From NCBI GenBank assembly GCA_046296715.1, contig JBKBIN010000017.1:1-24464 (forward strand): DNA of 24,464 nt. The letters run 5' to 3'. The DNA is from Candidatus Ratteibacteria bacterium. GTDB lineage: Bacteria; Ratteibacteria; UBA8468; B48-G9; JAFGKM01. The notes under the pieces are model-generated. The model did not search any database. It was given only the letters and a program-made list of their open reading frames with translations, and was not told where the DNA came from. The translations under genes and the position numbers were made by a program. Below, one piece after another: positions 17,072 to 24,464 of the stretch (positions are counted from its first letter, which is position 1; each line of letters begins with the position of its first letter).

Positions 17072-18655
17072 CTAATGGTTATATAAAAATTCTTTACTAT
17101 TTATTAAAGCCCAGATAATATCTTCAATTGCCTGATTAAAAGAAATTTTAGGATTAGTAAAATAAGTTAATAAAATCTCTTCCTCTAATTGCATTGGATA
17201 TCTTGATAACAAAGTAAGATAAATATTTTCAATAATTTTCTTCTTGTCATTTTTAGTTTCTCTAATCAAATTTCTTATATATTGACTTGATTGAATTTTT
17301 TTATGTAGTTCCGAAGAATTTAAAAGATATCTTATTTGCTTTTCGTCTATTTGATTTTTTCTTTCGGATTCATATCCAGTATCTCTTGGTGGTCTTCCGA
17401 AAAGTTCAAGAAAAGGGCCTGTTATACTTCCATCACCAAGTAAAACATTTCTTTGTTCAGGGGGTATAAAAGTATAGGGTTCTGGTATTGGACTAATATA
17501 TTCAACTCCTGCTCCAGAAATTTTGCATATTATATCAAGTAGAACTTCAGCACAAAGTCGCTTTGGCTGATAATAAGCAAAATATATCTCTCCTTCAGGA
17601 TTGTTGCTTTCAGGAATAAATGATTGTTGATAAGTTCTTGAATTAAATATAATTTTATAGATGTGTTTTAAATTATAATTTGATTTAACAAGTTCTTTTT
17701 CAAGATAAGTTAAAAGTTCTGGTATAACTGGAGGATTATCTGGTCTTATATCATCTGGTTCATGTATTATCCCTCTTCCAAAAATCCAACTCCATATTCT
17801 ATTAACTATATTTTTTGAAAAATAAGGATTTTCAGGTCTTATCAACCAATCAGCAAATACTTCTCTTGGGTCTTTGTCAGGAGGTATTTTAACTTTGGTT
17901 CCGTCTGGTAAAATTCCTTCTATGGGTTCCTGAATTTCATTATTAAAATATACAATTTCTTCTTTCCATTCAAGTGATTTTTTATAAGATATTTTTGAAA
18001 AAATTTTAATCATTCCATCTTGAATTTCCTTAGGAAGTTTTTCAAATCTCACACCCATAAATGTAAGACAAATAGCAGAGGCAATTGAATTGGGACTTCT
18101 TCCTTGAATTGCTCTATAAAAATTTACAGGAGGATTTCTAAAATTACTTCCACTTGATGTAAGAAGTTCTCTAACAAATCTATCATAGGGTTTATTTTCT
18201 TTAAGTGAGTTAAGTAGCCAACTGTGATATGCTTGAACTGCATTTGGCCAGAGATTTATAGGAAATTCTGCCTTTATTCTTAAAATATCACTCCATTTCA
18301 TAGACCAGTATTCAGCAAATTCCTTTTTTTCAAGGAGTTCGTCAATAAGGATTTTTCTTTTATCTGGATTTTTATCATTTAGAAAATCTATTACTTTTTC
18401 AGGTTCTGGAAGCATTCCGATTGTATCAAGATAAATTCTTCTAATAAACACTTCATCTGAACAGGGATTTGCAAATTTAAGATTTTTTTCTTTTAAAGTT
18501 TTAGAAATAATTTTATCTATTTCAGTTTCAGGAATTGGCCAATTTTCCATCTCATATGGCTTAATTATTTTCTGAGGATAAATATTTCCAGTAAATAAAA
18601 CAGAAATACCTCCTATAAACCATAAAGTTTTAACAAGCAATTTTAATCTTTCCAT
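17072..18655 (-). CDS. DUF1549 + DUF1553 (PSCyt2/PSD1) domain protein
   Basis: SDEVFIRRIYLDTIG.LP, NKPYDRFVRELLT, ADWLIRPENPYF..NIVNRIW..IFGRGIIHEPDD, NSRTYQ, RLCAEVLLD, FGRPPR, EDIIWALINSKEFLYNH. Start is ATG 18655 or GTG 18661. Confidence 0.9.
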   Translation of the reverse strand: MERLKLLVKTLWFIGGISVLFTGNIYPQKIIKPYEMENWPIPETEIDKIISKTLKEKNLKFANPCSDEVFIRRIYLDTIGMLPEPEKVIDFLNDKNPDKRKILIDELLEKKEFAEYWSMKWSDILRIKAEFPINLWPNAVQAYHSWLLNSLKENKPYDRFVRELLTSSGSNFRNPPVNFYRAIQGRSPNSIASAICLTFMGVRFEKLPKEIQDGMIKIFSKISYKKSLEWKEEIVYFNNEIQEPIEGILPDGTKVKIPPDKDPREVFADWLIRPENPYFSKNIVNRIWSWIFGRGIIHEPDDIRPDNPPVIPELLTYLEKELVKSNYNLKHIYKIIFNSRTYQQSFIPESNNPEGEIYFAYYQPKRLCAEVLLDIICKISGAGVEYISPIPEPYTFIPPEQRNVLLGDGSITGPFLELFGRPPRDTGYESERKNQIDEKQIRYLLNSSELHKKIQSSQYIRNLIRETKNDKKKIIENIYLTLLSRYPMQLEEEILLTYFTNPKISFNQAIEDIIWALINSKEFLYNH

Positions 18656-18732
18656 TTCCACTATTTAGACGAATTTTTAACCCCATAAGTTTATTCTCTT
18701 TTAATAATATGATACTGGATTTTTTTTAATTT

Positions 18733-19497
18733 TTAAAATGCAAAACTACTTTCTAATAATTTTTTTGTGTAAGGATGTTTTGGATTTTCAAATATTTCCT
18801 CTGTTTTTCCTATTTCAACAATTTCACCTTTATACATTATTCCAACTCTATCTGCTAAAAACTTAAGAATTTTTAAATTATGAGTGATGAATAGGTATGT
18901 GAGATTAAATTTATCTTTAAATTCAATAAAAAGATTTAAAATCTGTCCTTGAATTGACACATCAAGATTTGAAGTTGGTTCATCACATACAATAAACTCT
19001 GGTTGAGGTGCTATTGCTCTTGCAATTGCTATTCTTTGTCTTTCACCACCACTAAATTGATGAGGATAATCATAAAATCTTTCTTTCTTTATTCCTACAA
19101 GATTTAATATCTCAACTGCTTTTTCATATTTTTCTTTTTTATTACCAGATATCCCTTCCATTACAGTTAGACCACACGGAATCCTTGGATTTAATGATTT
19201 ATAAGGATCCTGAAAAATTATCTGGAAGTTTTTACGATATTTTCTTAGAATTTTTTCAGACAATTTTGTAATATCAATATCTCTATAGATTATTTTTCCT
19301 TCATCTGGTTCAATCAACCTTATAATAACTTTTCCAAGAGTTGTCTTTCCTGAACCACTTTCTCCTGCAAGTCCTAAAATTTCTCCTTTGTAAATTTCTA
19401 AATTTATATTTCTTAGAGCATTTATTTTAATACTTCTAAATTCGCTTTTTACTTCAAATTTTTTTGTCAAATTTTTAATTTTCCATAAAGTTTCCAT
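18733..19497 (-). CDS. oppF: Oligopeptide/dipeptide ABC transporter ATP-binding protein (OppF/DppF-like, short C-terminus)
   Basis: GESGSGKT, FQDPYKSLNPR, YPHQFSGGERQR, CDEPT, HPYT. Confidence 0.88.
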   Translation of the reverse strand: METLWKIKNLTKKFEVKSEFRSIKINALRNINLEIYKGEILGLAGESGSGKTTLGKVIIRLIEPDEGKIIYRDIDITKLSEKILRKYRKNFQIIFQDPYKSLNPRIPCGLTVMEGISGNKKEKYEKAVEILNLVGIKKERFYDYPHQFSGGERQRIAIARAIAPQPEFIVCDEPTSNLDVSIQGQILNLFIEFKDKFNLTYLFITHNLKILKFLADRVGIMYKGEIVEIGKTEEIFENPKHPYTKKLLESSFAF

Positions 19498-20419
19498 ATT
19501 TAAAACACCTTATAGTTCTATTTCCAATTTCAATTTCTTCTGGCATTTTTTCTTCACAGAATTTGTCTCTATATTCACATCTTGGATAGAAAGGACAACC
19601 CTCTGGTAAATTTTTGAAAGAAACAACTTCACCTTCTATTGTTTTAATTCTTTCTCCTTTTTTATATTTTTCAGGAAGGCAGTTTGTAAGTTTCTGTGTA
19701 TATGGATGTAGAGGCATATTATAGACAAGTTCAGAAGGTCCTTTTTCAACTATAATTCCAGCATACATCACTATAATTTTGTTTGAAATATACTTTGCAA
19801 GTGAGATGTCATGAGTAACGAAAATTATTGAAAGATTATACTTTGAAACAAGATTTTTAAATAAATTTATAATTCCAAAAGCAGTTGTTACATCTAAAGC
19901 AGTTGTTGGTTCATCGGCGAGAAGTAACTTTGGATTATTTATAAGAGACATTGCTATCATAGCTCTTTGTTGCATTCCTCCACTCAATTGATGAGGATAT
20001 TGATAGTATACATCCGGCGAAAGACCCATTTCTTGTAAAATTTTAATAACTCTTTCCTTCTTTTCTTTTTTTCCAATATTTTCCTTTATTGCTTCTTCTA
20101 TTTGATTCCCAATAGTAAACAATGGATTTATATATGAAGAGGGTTCTTGAAAAACCATTCCTATTTTTTTACCTCTTATTTTTTCCATTTCATTGTATTT
20201 TTTAATTTCAATTCCATCAAAAAAAATTTCGCCTGAAAGAATTTTAAGATTTTTTGGTAAAAGTTTTATAATTGTTCTTAAAGTCATACTTTTTCCACAA
20301 CCGCTTTCACCAACTATTGAAATGATTTCTTTTTCATCGACTTTGAAACTAATCTTCCTTAGAATTTTGATTTCTTCATTTCCAACTACGATATTTCTCA
20401 CATCCAATAATTTTTCCAT
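19475..20419 (-). CDS. oppD: Oligopeptide/dipeptide ABC transporter ATP-binding protein (OppD/DppD-like) with C-terminal 4-Cys domain
   Basis: GESGCGKS, YPHQLSGGMQQR, ADEPTTALDV, HPYT, GCPFYPRC...FC...RC. ATG 20419 lies 2 nt after the oppC stop. Confidence 0.9.
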   Translation of the reverse strand: MEKLLDVRNIVVGNEEIKILRKISFKVDEKEIISIVGESGCGKSMTLRTIIKLLPKNLKILSGEIFFDGIEIKKYNEMEKIRGKKIGMVFQEPSSYINPLFTIGNQIEEAIKENIGKKEKKERVIKILQEMGLSPDVYYQYPHQLSGGMQQRAMIAMSLINNPKLLLADEPTTALDVTTAFGIINLFKNLVSKYNLSIIFVTHDISLAKYISNKIIVMYAGIIVEKGPSELVYNMPLHPYTQKLTNCLPEKYKKGERIKTIEGEVVSFKNLPEGCPFYPRCEYRDKFCEEKMPEEIEIGNRTIRCFKYGNFMEN

Positions 20420-20421
20420 TT

Positions 20422-21477
20422 TTACCAATTTTTTGGATCAAGGACATCTCTTAAACCATCGCCAAGGAAATTAAAACAAATAATTGTTAAAAATATGAAA
20501 AACCCTGGAATTAACATCCATGGGGCATTTGATAAAATTCTTAAATTTCCTACACATACAGAAAGCATATTTCCCCAACTTGGATATGGTTCTTGAATTC
20601 CAAGCCCAAGTAAACTTAAAGTTGATTCTCCAAGTATATATCCAGGAATAGATAATGTAATCGCTGTGATTGAGTATGAAAAAGTATTTGGTATTATATG
20701 TTTGAATATTATTTTAAATGATGAAAGACCAAGTGCTTTTGCAGCAAGAATATATTCTTCTTCTTTAATAGATAGAACCATGCCTCTTATAATTCTTGCA
20801 AGTCCTGCCCATCCAATTAAACTTAAAATTATGACTATTAGAAGATAAATTTGAAAAGAAGAAAGGTTTAATGGAAATACAGCCCTTAAAGCAAGCATTA
20901 AATAGAAAGCAGGAAACATCATAAAAATTTCAACAAGTCTCATTAAAAAATTATCTACTCTTCCTCCAAAATAACCTGAAATCCCTCCTATTAAAAAACC
21001 GAGGAAAAAGGATATTGAAACTCCAATTATACCTATTGAAAGAGAAATCCTTGCACCATATAAAATTCTTGAAAAAATATCTCTTCCATGTATATCTGTT
21101 CCGAATAAGAAAATTCTGCCTTCTTTTGTTCCAAATAAGTATCTTGTAGAAGGAAATATACCAAGAATTTTTCTTTTTTCTCCTTTAACAAAAAAATAAA
21201 TTGGGCAAATCTTTTCTTTTATTATCTCATACTGATTTAAAGCAGGATTTATAAGTTTAATTTCATATACAAATGGTCTTAAATGGAATTTTTTATTATG
21301 GTCAAAAAAATGTATTTTAGTTGGTGGGCATAAAGGATAATCTCTAAATTGTTTATTGTATGGATAAGGTGCAATAAAATCAGCGAAAAATGCTAAAAAA
21401 TATAAAAAAAATATTACCCAGAAAGAAATATAAGAAATATAATTTCTTTTTTTCAATCTTTGCAGTATCTTTCTCAT
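20422..21477 (-). CDS. oppC: Oligopeptide/dipeptide ABC permease (OppC/DppC-like)
   Basis: FGTDIHGRDIFSRILYGARISL, EEEYILAAKALG, KHIIPN, ESTLSLLGLG, FNFLGDGLRDVLDP. Confidence 0.92.
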   Translation of the reverse strand: MRKILQRLKKRNYISYISFWVIFFLYFLAFFADFIAPYPYNKQFRDYPLCPPTKIHFFDHNKKFHLRPFVYEIKLINPALNQYEIIKEKICPIYFFVKGEKRKILGIFPSTRYLFGTKEGRIFLFGTDIHGRDIFSRILYGARISLSIGIIGVSISFFLGFLIGGISGYFGGRVDNFLMRLVEIFMMFPAFYLMLALRAVFPLNLSSFQIYLLIVIILSLIGWAGLARIIRGMVLSIKEEEYILAAKALGLSSFKIIFKHIIPNTFSYSITAITLSIPGYILGESTLSLLGLGIQEPYPSWGNMLSVCVGNLRILSNAPWMLIPGFFIFLTIICFNFLGDGLRDVLDPKNW

Positions 21478-22439
21478 CTTAATCTCACTCTTGGGTCAAC
21501 TAAAGCAAGTAAAATATCTGCAAGTAAATTTCCTAAAATAAGTAAGATTCCACCAATTAATAAAGAAGCCATAACAAGAAATAAATCAGAAGAAAGAACA
21601 CCTTCAAGAACTAACCTTCCCATACCAGGCCAACCAGTTATAATTTCTACAAGTCCTGCTCCACTTAAAATTCCAGAAAGTTCATATCCAAAAATTGTTA
21701 TCATTGGATTTATAGCGTTTCTTAAAGCATGTTTAAAATAAATTTTATAAATCGGTAGTCCTTTTGCATAAGCAGTAAAAATATATGGAGAATTCAATGT
21801 TTCAAGGAAATTATTTTTCATAAGACGGTAAAGAGAACCAATTCCTGATAATGTTAAAATCATTCCAGGAACTAAAAGATGTTTAAGATAATCAATAAAT
21901 TTTTCAAAATTTGAAGCATTTTCGTAAAAAATAGAAGTCGTTCCTCCAAGAGGTAAAATTGCTGTTTTTGAAATAAAAAAAATAATAAGCATTGCAAGAA
22001 AAAATGAGGGTAAAGAAATTCCAATATAAGCAAAAAATGAAAGTATCCTTTCTTGGAATTTTTTATCTTTAATAGCACCATAAACTCCCAAAGGAATAGA
22101 TATAATCCATGTAAGAATAATTGAAAAAATAGAAAGAGCAATGGTATTTTTTAAACGCACTTTGATTAAAAAAGAAACAGGTACATGATAGGAAAATGAT
22201 TCCCCAAGATTAAAAGTAAAAATATTTTTAAGCCAGTAAAAATATTGAATAATAACAGGTTTATCAAGACCAAAAAGTTTTCTCATGTTTTCAATAGTTT
22301 CAGGTGAAATTTCAGGATTCATTTTAAGTTGAGTAAAATAATCACCAGGTGATATTTGGATTATCAAAAAAGAGATAAAAGTCATACCAATAAGCAGTGG
22401 AATAAATTGAAAAAGACGATTTAAAATATATCTTCTCAT
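21474..22439 (-). CDS. oppB: Oligopeptide/dipeptide ABC permease (OppB/DppB-like)
   Basis: PGD, FGLDKP...QY, NLGESF, TAYAKGL, KHALRNA, WPGMG, DILLALVDPRVR. Confidence 0.92.
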   Translation of the reverse strand: MRRYILNRLFQFIPLLIGMTFISFLIIQISPGDYFTQLKMNPEISPETIENMRKLFGLDKPVIIQYFYWLKNIFTFNLGESFSYHVPVSFLIKVRLKNTIALSIFSIILTWIISIPLGVYGAIKDKKFQERILSFFAYIGISLPSFFLAMLIIFFISKTAILPLGGTTSIFYENASNFEKFIDYLKHLLVPGMILTLSGIGSLYRLMKNNFLETLNSPYIFTAYAKGLPIYKIYFKHALRNAINPMITIFGYELSGILSGAGLVEIITGWPGMGRLVLEGVLSSDLFLVMASLLIGGILLILGNLLADILLALVDPRVRLR

Positions 22440-23482
22440 TTATTTAAATACTTATTGAAAAACTTAAATGCAAGATTTCCTGAAAAAGAGTGTTCGCCAG
22501 GGAATATTTCAATCCATAAGTTTTCACTTACTTTTGCTCCCTTATATGCTTTTATAATTTTTTCATGTGCTTTTTTTGCTGAATGTATCCAGAAACATGT
22601 ATCGTTTGCTCCAGATTCAATTAAAAGAGGTTTTGGACATATTGCTGCTATAACATCTCCAACATCCGCATATTTATAGAGGAAAGGAACAATCTGACTT
22701 CCACAGAAATTTGGTCTTTCAATAGCATAATGGAGTGTAGTTGTTGCATAACATATTATATCTGCTGCTTTTATTCTATCATCAAGTAAAGTTAAATATG
22801 TAGTCATTGTTCCACCGAAGGATAGCCCCATACATCCAATATTTTCTTTATCTACATAATCTCTTGTTAATAAAAAATCTATTGCTCTCATTCCATCAAA
22901 TATATTTGCACCAAGTAACGTCCTTCCAAGAATTAAATGTTGTAGAAAATGTATATTACATATATCTCGTGGCTGAAAAATATTGTAATATCCTATTCTT
23001 TCTCCAAAGCTTCTCCAGTCAGGGACAATTGTAACAAAACCATTTTCAGCCATCTGTTCTCCATAATTATAGTTGTGAACTTTTATATTATTTATTATAT
23101 TTGGATTATTATTGTGAACTCCTGCAACTGGGTCTTTTCCATATGGTCCATGTCCATGACAGCATAATATTGCAGGATATTTCTTTTTATTTCCTTTTGG
23201 AATTAAAATATATAAAGGCATAAAGCAATCTTTTTCTGTCTGTATTATCCATTTTTCCCTTATATATTTTTCTTTCTCTTCTTCAGATATTTTTTCTGGT
23301 ATTAAATCAGATGGTTCTGGAAATTCTCCAAGAAGTTCTTTAATCTTATTAATTAATTGTTTTTTCCATCTATAGAATTCATTTTCACTTTTACAATTAA
23401 ATTCAAACTCTGGTTTTATATTCTTTGCCCATTTTTTAATAAAGTTGTCTGTGATTTGAGGAGCATCTATTTTATTTGGCAT
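22436..23482 (-). CDS. Alpha/beta hydrolase (dienelactone hydrolase / acetyl-xylan-esterase-like), cytoplasmic
   Basis: PAILCCHGHG, DWRSFGER, nucleophile elbow GLSFGG, PKPLLIESG.ND, GEH; AAGGAGG RBS; no signal peptide. Confidence 0.85.
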   Translation of the reverse strand: MPNKIDAPQITDNFIKKWAKNIKPEFEFNCKSENEFYRWKKQLINKIKELLGEFPEPSDLIPEKISEEEKEKYIREKWIIQTEKDCFMPLYILIPKGNKKKYPAILCCHGHGPYGKDPVAGVHNNNPNIINNIKVHNYNYGEQMAENGFVTIVPDWRSFGERIGYYNIFQPRDICNIHFLQHLILGRTLLGANIFDGMRAIDFLLTRDYVDKENIGCMGLSFGGTMTTYLTLLDDRIKAADIICYATTTLHYAIERPNFCGSQIVPFLYKYADVGDVIAAICPKPLLIESGANDTCFWIHSAKKAHEKIIKAYKGAKVSENLWIEIFPGEHSFSGNLAFKFFNKYLNK

Positions 23483-23504
23483 CTTTCCTCCTTATTTATT
23501 TTTT

Positions 23505-23535
23505 AGTTTACTATTTAAACAAAAACTTGTAAAAT
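23505..23535. promoter_or_regulatory. Overlapping bidirectional promoter candidates
   Basis: Minus strand TTTACA (23533-23528)-17-TAAACT (23510-23505) for the hydrolase-opp operon; plus strand TTTACT (23507-23512)-17-TAAAAT (23530-23535). Confidence 0.45.
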
Positions 23536-23538
23536 TAT

Positions 23539-23634
23539 ATCTTCCTCTCTAACACCTACGAGGTGAAGGCGGGAGATGAAGGTAGGGCAAAGGTTTCCGA
23601 CTTGTGCATTTTTCGGAGGATTGAAATTGTGTGA
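23539..23634 (+). other. GC-rich structured intergenic element (candidate sRNA / solitary CRISPR-repeat-like unit / foreign gene remnant)
   Basis: Close to 50% GC in an AT-rich spacer. Hairpins CACCT-acg-AGGTG (inside ATCTTCC...GGGAGAT) and TTTCCGA...TCGGAGG followed by ATTGAAAT. Confidence 0.35.
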
Positions 23635-23716
23635 AGAATTGATTCAAAAATTGTTGATATTTTAATGAAAGGATTAAATAGCAGGGAAAATAAAGATAAA
23701 AGAATGATAAAAAAGG

Positions 23717-23745
23717 TTGACAAGTAGAGAAAATCTATTTACTAT
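23717..23745 (+). promoter_or_regulatory. Sigma70 promoter of the terminal gene, with a palindrome in the spacer
   Basis: TTGACA (23717-23722) - 17 bp - TACTAT (23740-23745); AAGTAGA-gaaaa-TCTATTT imperfect palindrome. Confidence 0.65.
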
Positions 23746-23848
23746 ATTAAAAAAGAGATTTTTTTCAAACTTATTAGGATATCTTTTTAAGGAGAGATAA
23801 GTAATTTGGTGAAAGTGGATAAAAATTAAAACTTAAAAAGGAGATTGT

Positions 23849-24464
23849 ATGAGTAATAATACTCAAAGTTTTGTTCTTAAACCAAAACAAAAATTAGGAT
23901 GTCTTCGCGAAGAAACGCCAGCTCCTCTTGAAGAAGCATTTTGGTATTTATCTGAAAATATAGGTGATGGTCTGGTTTATTTTTTTCCCAAAGGATATCT
24001 TTCCAGCATGAATTGGCTTACTGCTGATATGCTTCTTGATGGTAAGTATATGGTTGTTTTCATTTTGATACTTCAGGAAGGTGGAAATGGTCCAGTATTT
24101 CAGATGATCTTTGCTCTCTTAAATCAATGTCAAGCACGCATTAGAATTCCACTTGAAGCAGTCAAACAAAAACGATGGCGTTACCCTCGTGAAGGCGCTT
24201 GGCTCAAGCCGATGTGTGGGGGCGATGTCGTTGATTTGAAAAAGGTTGATCGCATGACCTTGACAGTTTTGCGAAAAAGCGAGGAACCCGCTCGTTGGTG
24301 CTTGACACCATTTGTTGCTACAATCAAAGAACCACCGAAGTTGACAAAACCGCTGCTGCCTAAAGGTCCACTACTTGACGAATTTGGGCAAAGCACACTG
24401 CACGACTGGGCAACGAAAACTCGCTTGGAAAGCGAACTTATTGAGCGTTTGAAGTCTCAACTTG
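23849..24464 (+). CDS. 5' part of a putative GH50 beta-agarase-like glycoside hydrolase (runs off the window; absent from the ORF track)
   Basis: AAGGAG RBS, ATG 23849 and 205 open codons (MSNNTQSFVLKP...GPLLDEFGQSTLHDWATKTRLESELIERL). The D-x-FGQ...DW-x-x-K motif resembles the junction between the CBM-like domain and the catalytic domain in GH50 enzymes. The CDS is well supported; the product call is moderate. Confidence 0.65.
   Translation, partial: MSNNTQSFVLKPKQKLGCLREETPAPLEEAFWYLSENIGDGLVYFFPKGYLSSMNWLTADMLLDGKYMVVFILILQEGGNGPVFQMIFALLNQCQARIRIPLEAVKQKRWRYPREGAWLKPMCGGDVVDLKKVDRMTLTVLRKSEEPARWCLTPFVATIKEPPKLTKPLLPKGPLLDEFGQSTLHDWATKTRLESELIERLKSQL

Noticed and set aside
18733..18790. 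oppF as a truncated pseudogene (no C-terminal Cys domain)
   Set aside because: All ATPase motifs are intact, and short OppF/DppF proteins ending soon after HPYT are common.
23543..23620. tRNA-sized segment with a possible closing stem
   Set aside because: No T-loop (GTTCRA), D-loop or cloverleaf on either strand.
23540..23630. c-di-AMP (ydaO) riboswitch, suggested by minus-strand ACCTCGTAGGTGTTAGAGAGGA
   Set aside because: Lacks the conserved CAGCTAAC, GCTGAATC and GGGG-TGAATC segments; the GGTAGGGC match is on the opposite strand.
23540..23700. True CRISPR array
   Set aside because: No second copy of the repeat at regular spacing and no cas genes in the window.
24181..24396. 71-aa minus-strand ORF in the ORF track
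   Set aside because: Antisense to the longer plus-strand CDS from 23849, which has a promoter, an RBS and a family-like motif.

Overview
Very AT-rich (roughly 25-30% GC by eye), densely packed bacterial chromosomal window with about 21 genes. No rRNA, tRNA, transposase or CRISPR array is visible. Left to right: a TYW1-like radical SAM gene abutting an HI0933/YhiN flavoprotein gene; a sugar-phosphate isomerase/epimerase; a small membrane protein divergent from a 2-hydroxyacyl-CoA-dehydratase-like/activase pair; an Fe3+/AfuABC-type ABC transporter; and isolated V/A-type ATPase subunits F and A. A ~12 kb minus-strand block follows: alpha/beta-hydrolase, OppBCDF without a binding protein, a DUF1549/1553 - DUF1501 - PPC-domain module, an FkbO/Hyg5-like Rid protein and an SGNH esterase. 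At the right edge is the 5' part of a GC-richer, probably recently acquired GH50 agarase-like gene that the ORF track missed. The gene content suggests an anaerobic relative of the PVC superphylum (inference only). The best candidate for an undescribed system is the DUF1553/DUF1501/PPC module. It appears to lack the usual CxxCH heme motif and Tat signal, and it is followed 12 bp later by a chorismatase-like Rid gene. Other leads are a GC-rich structured intergenic element resembling a solitary CRISPR repeat, repeated leaderless gene starts, and an orphan atpFA pair.
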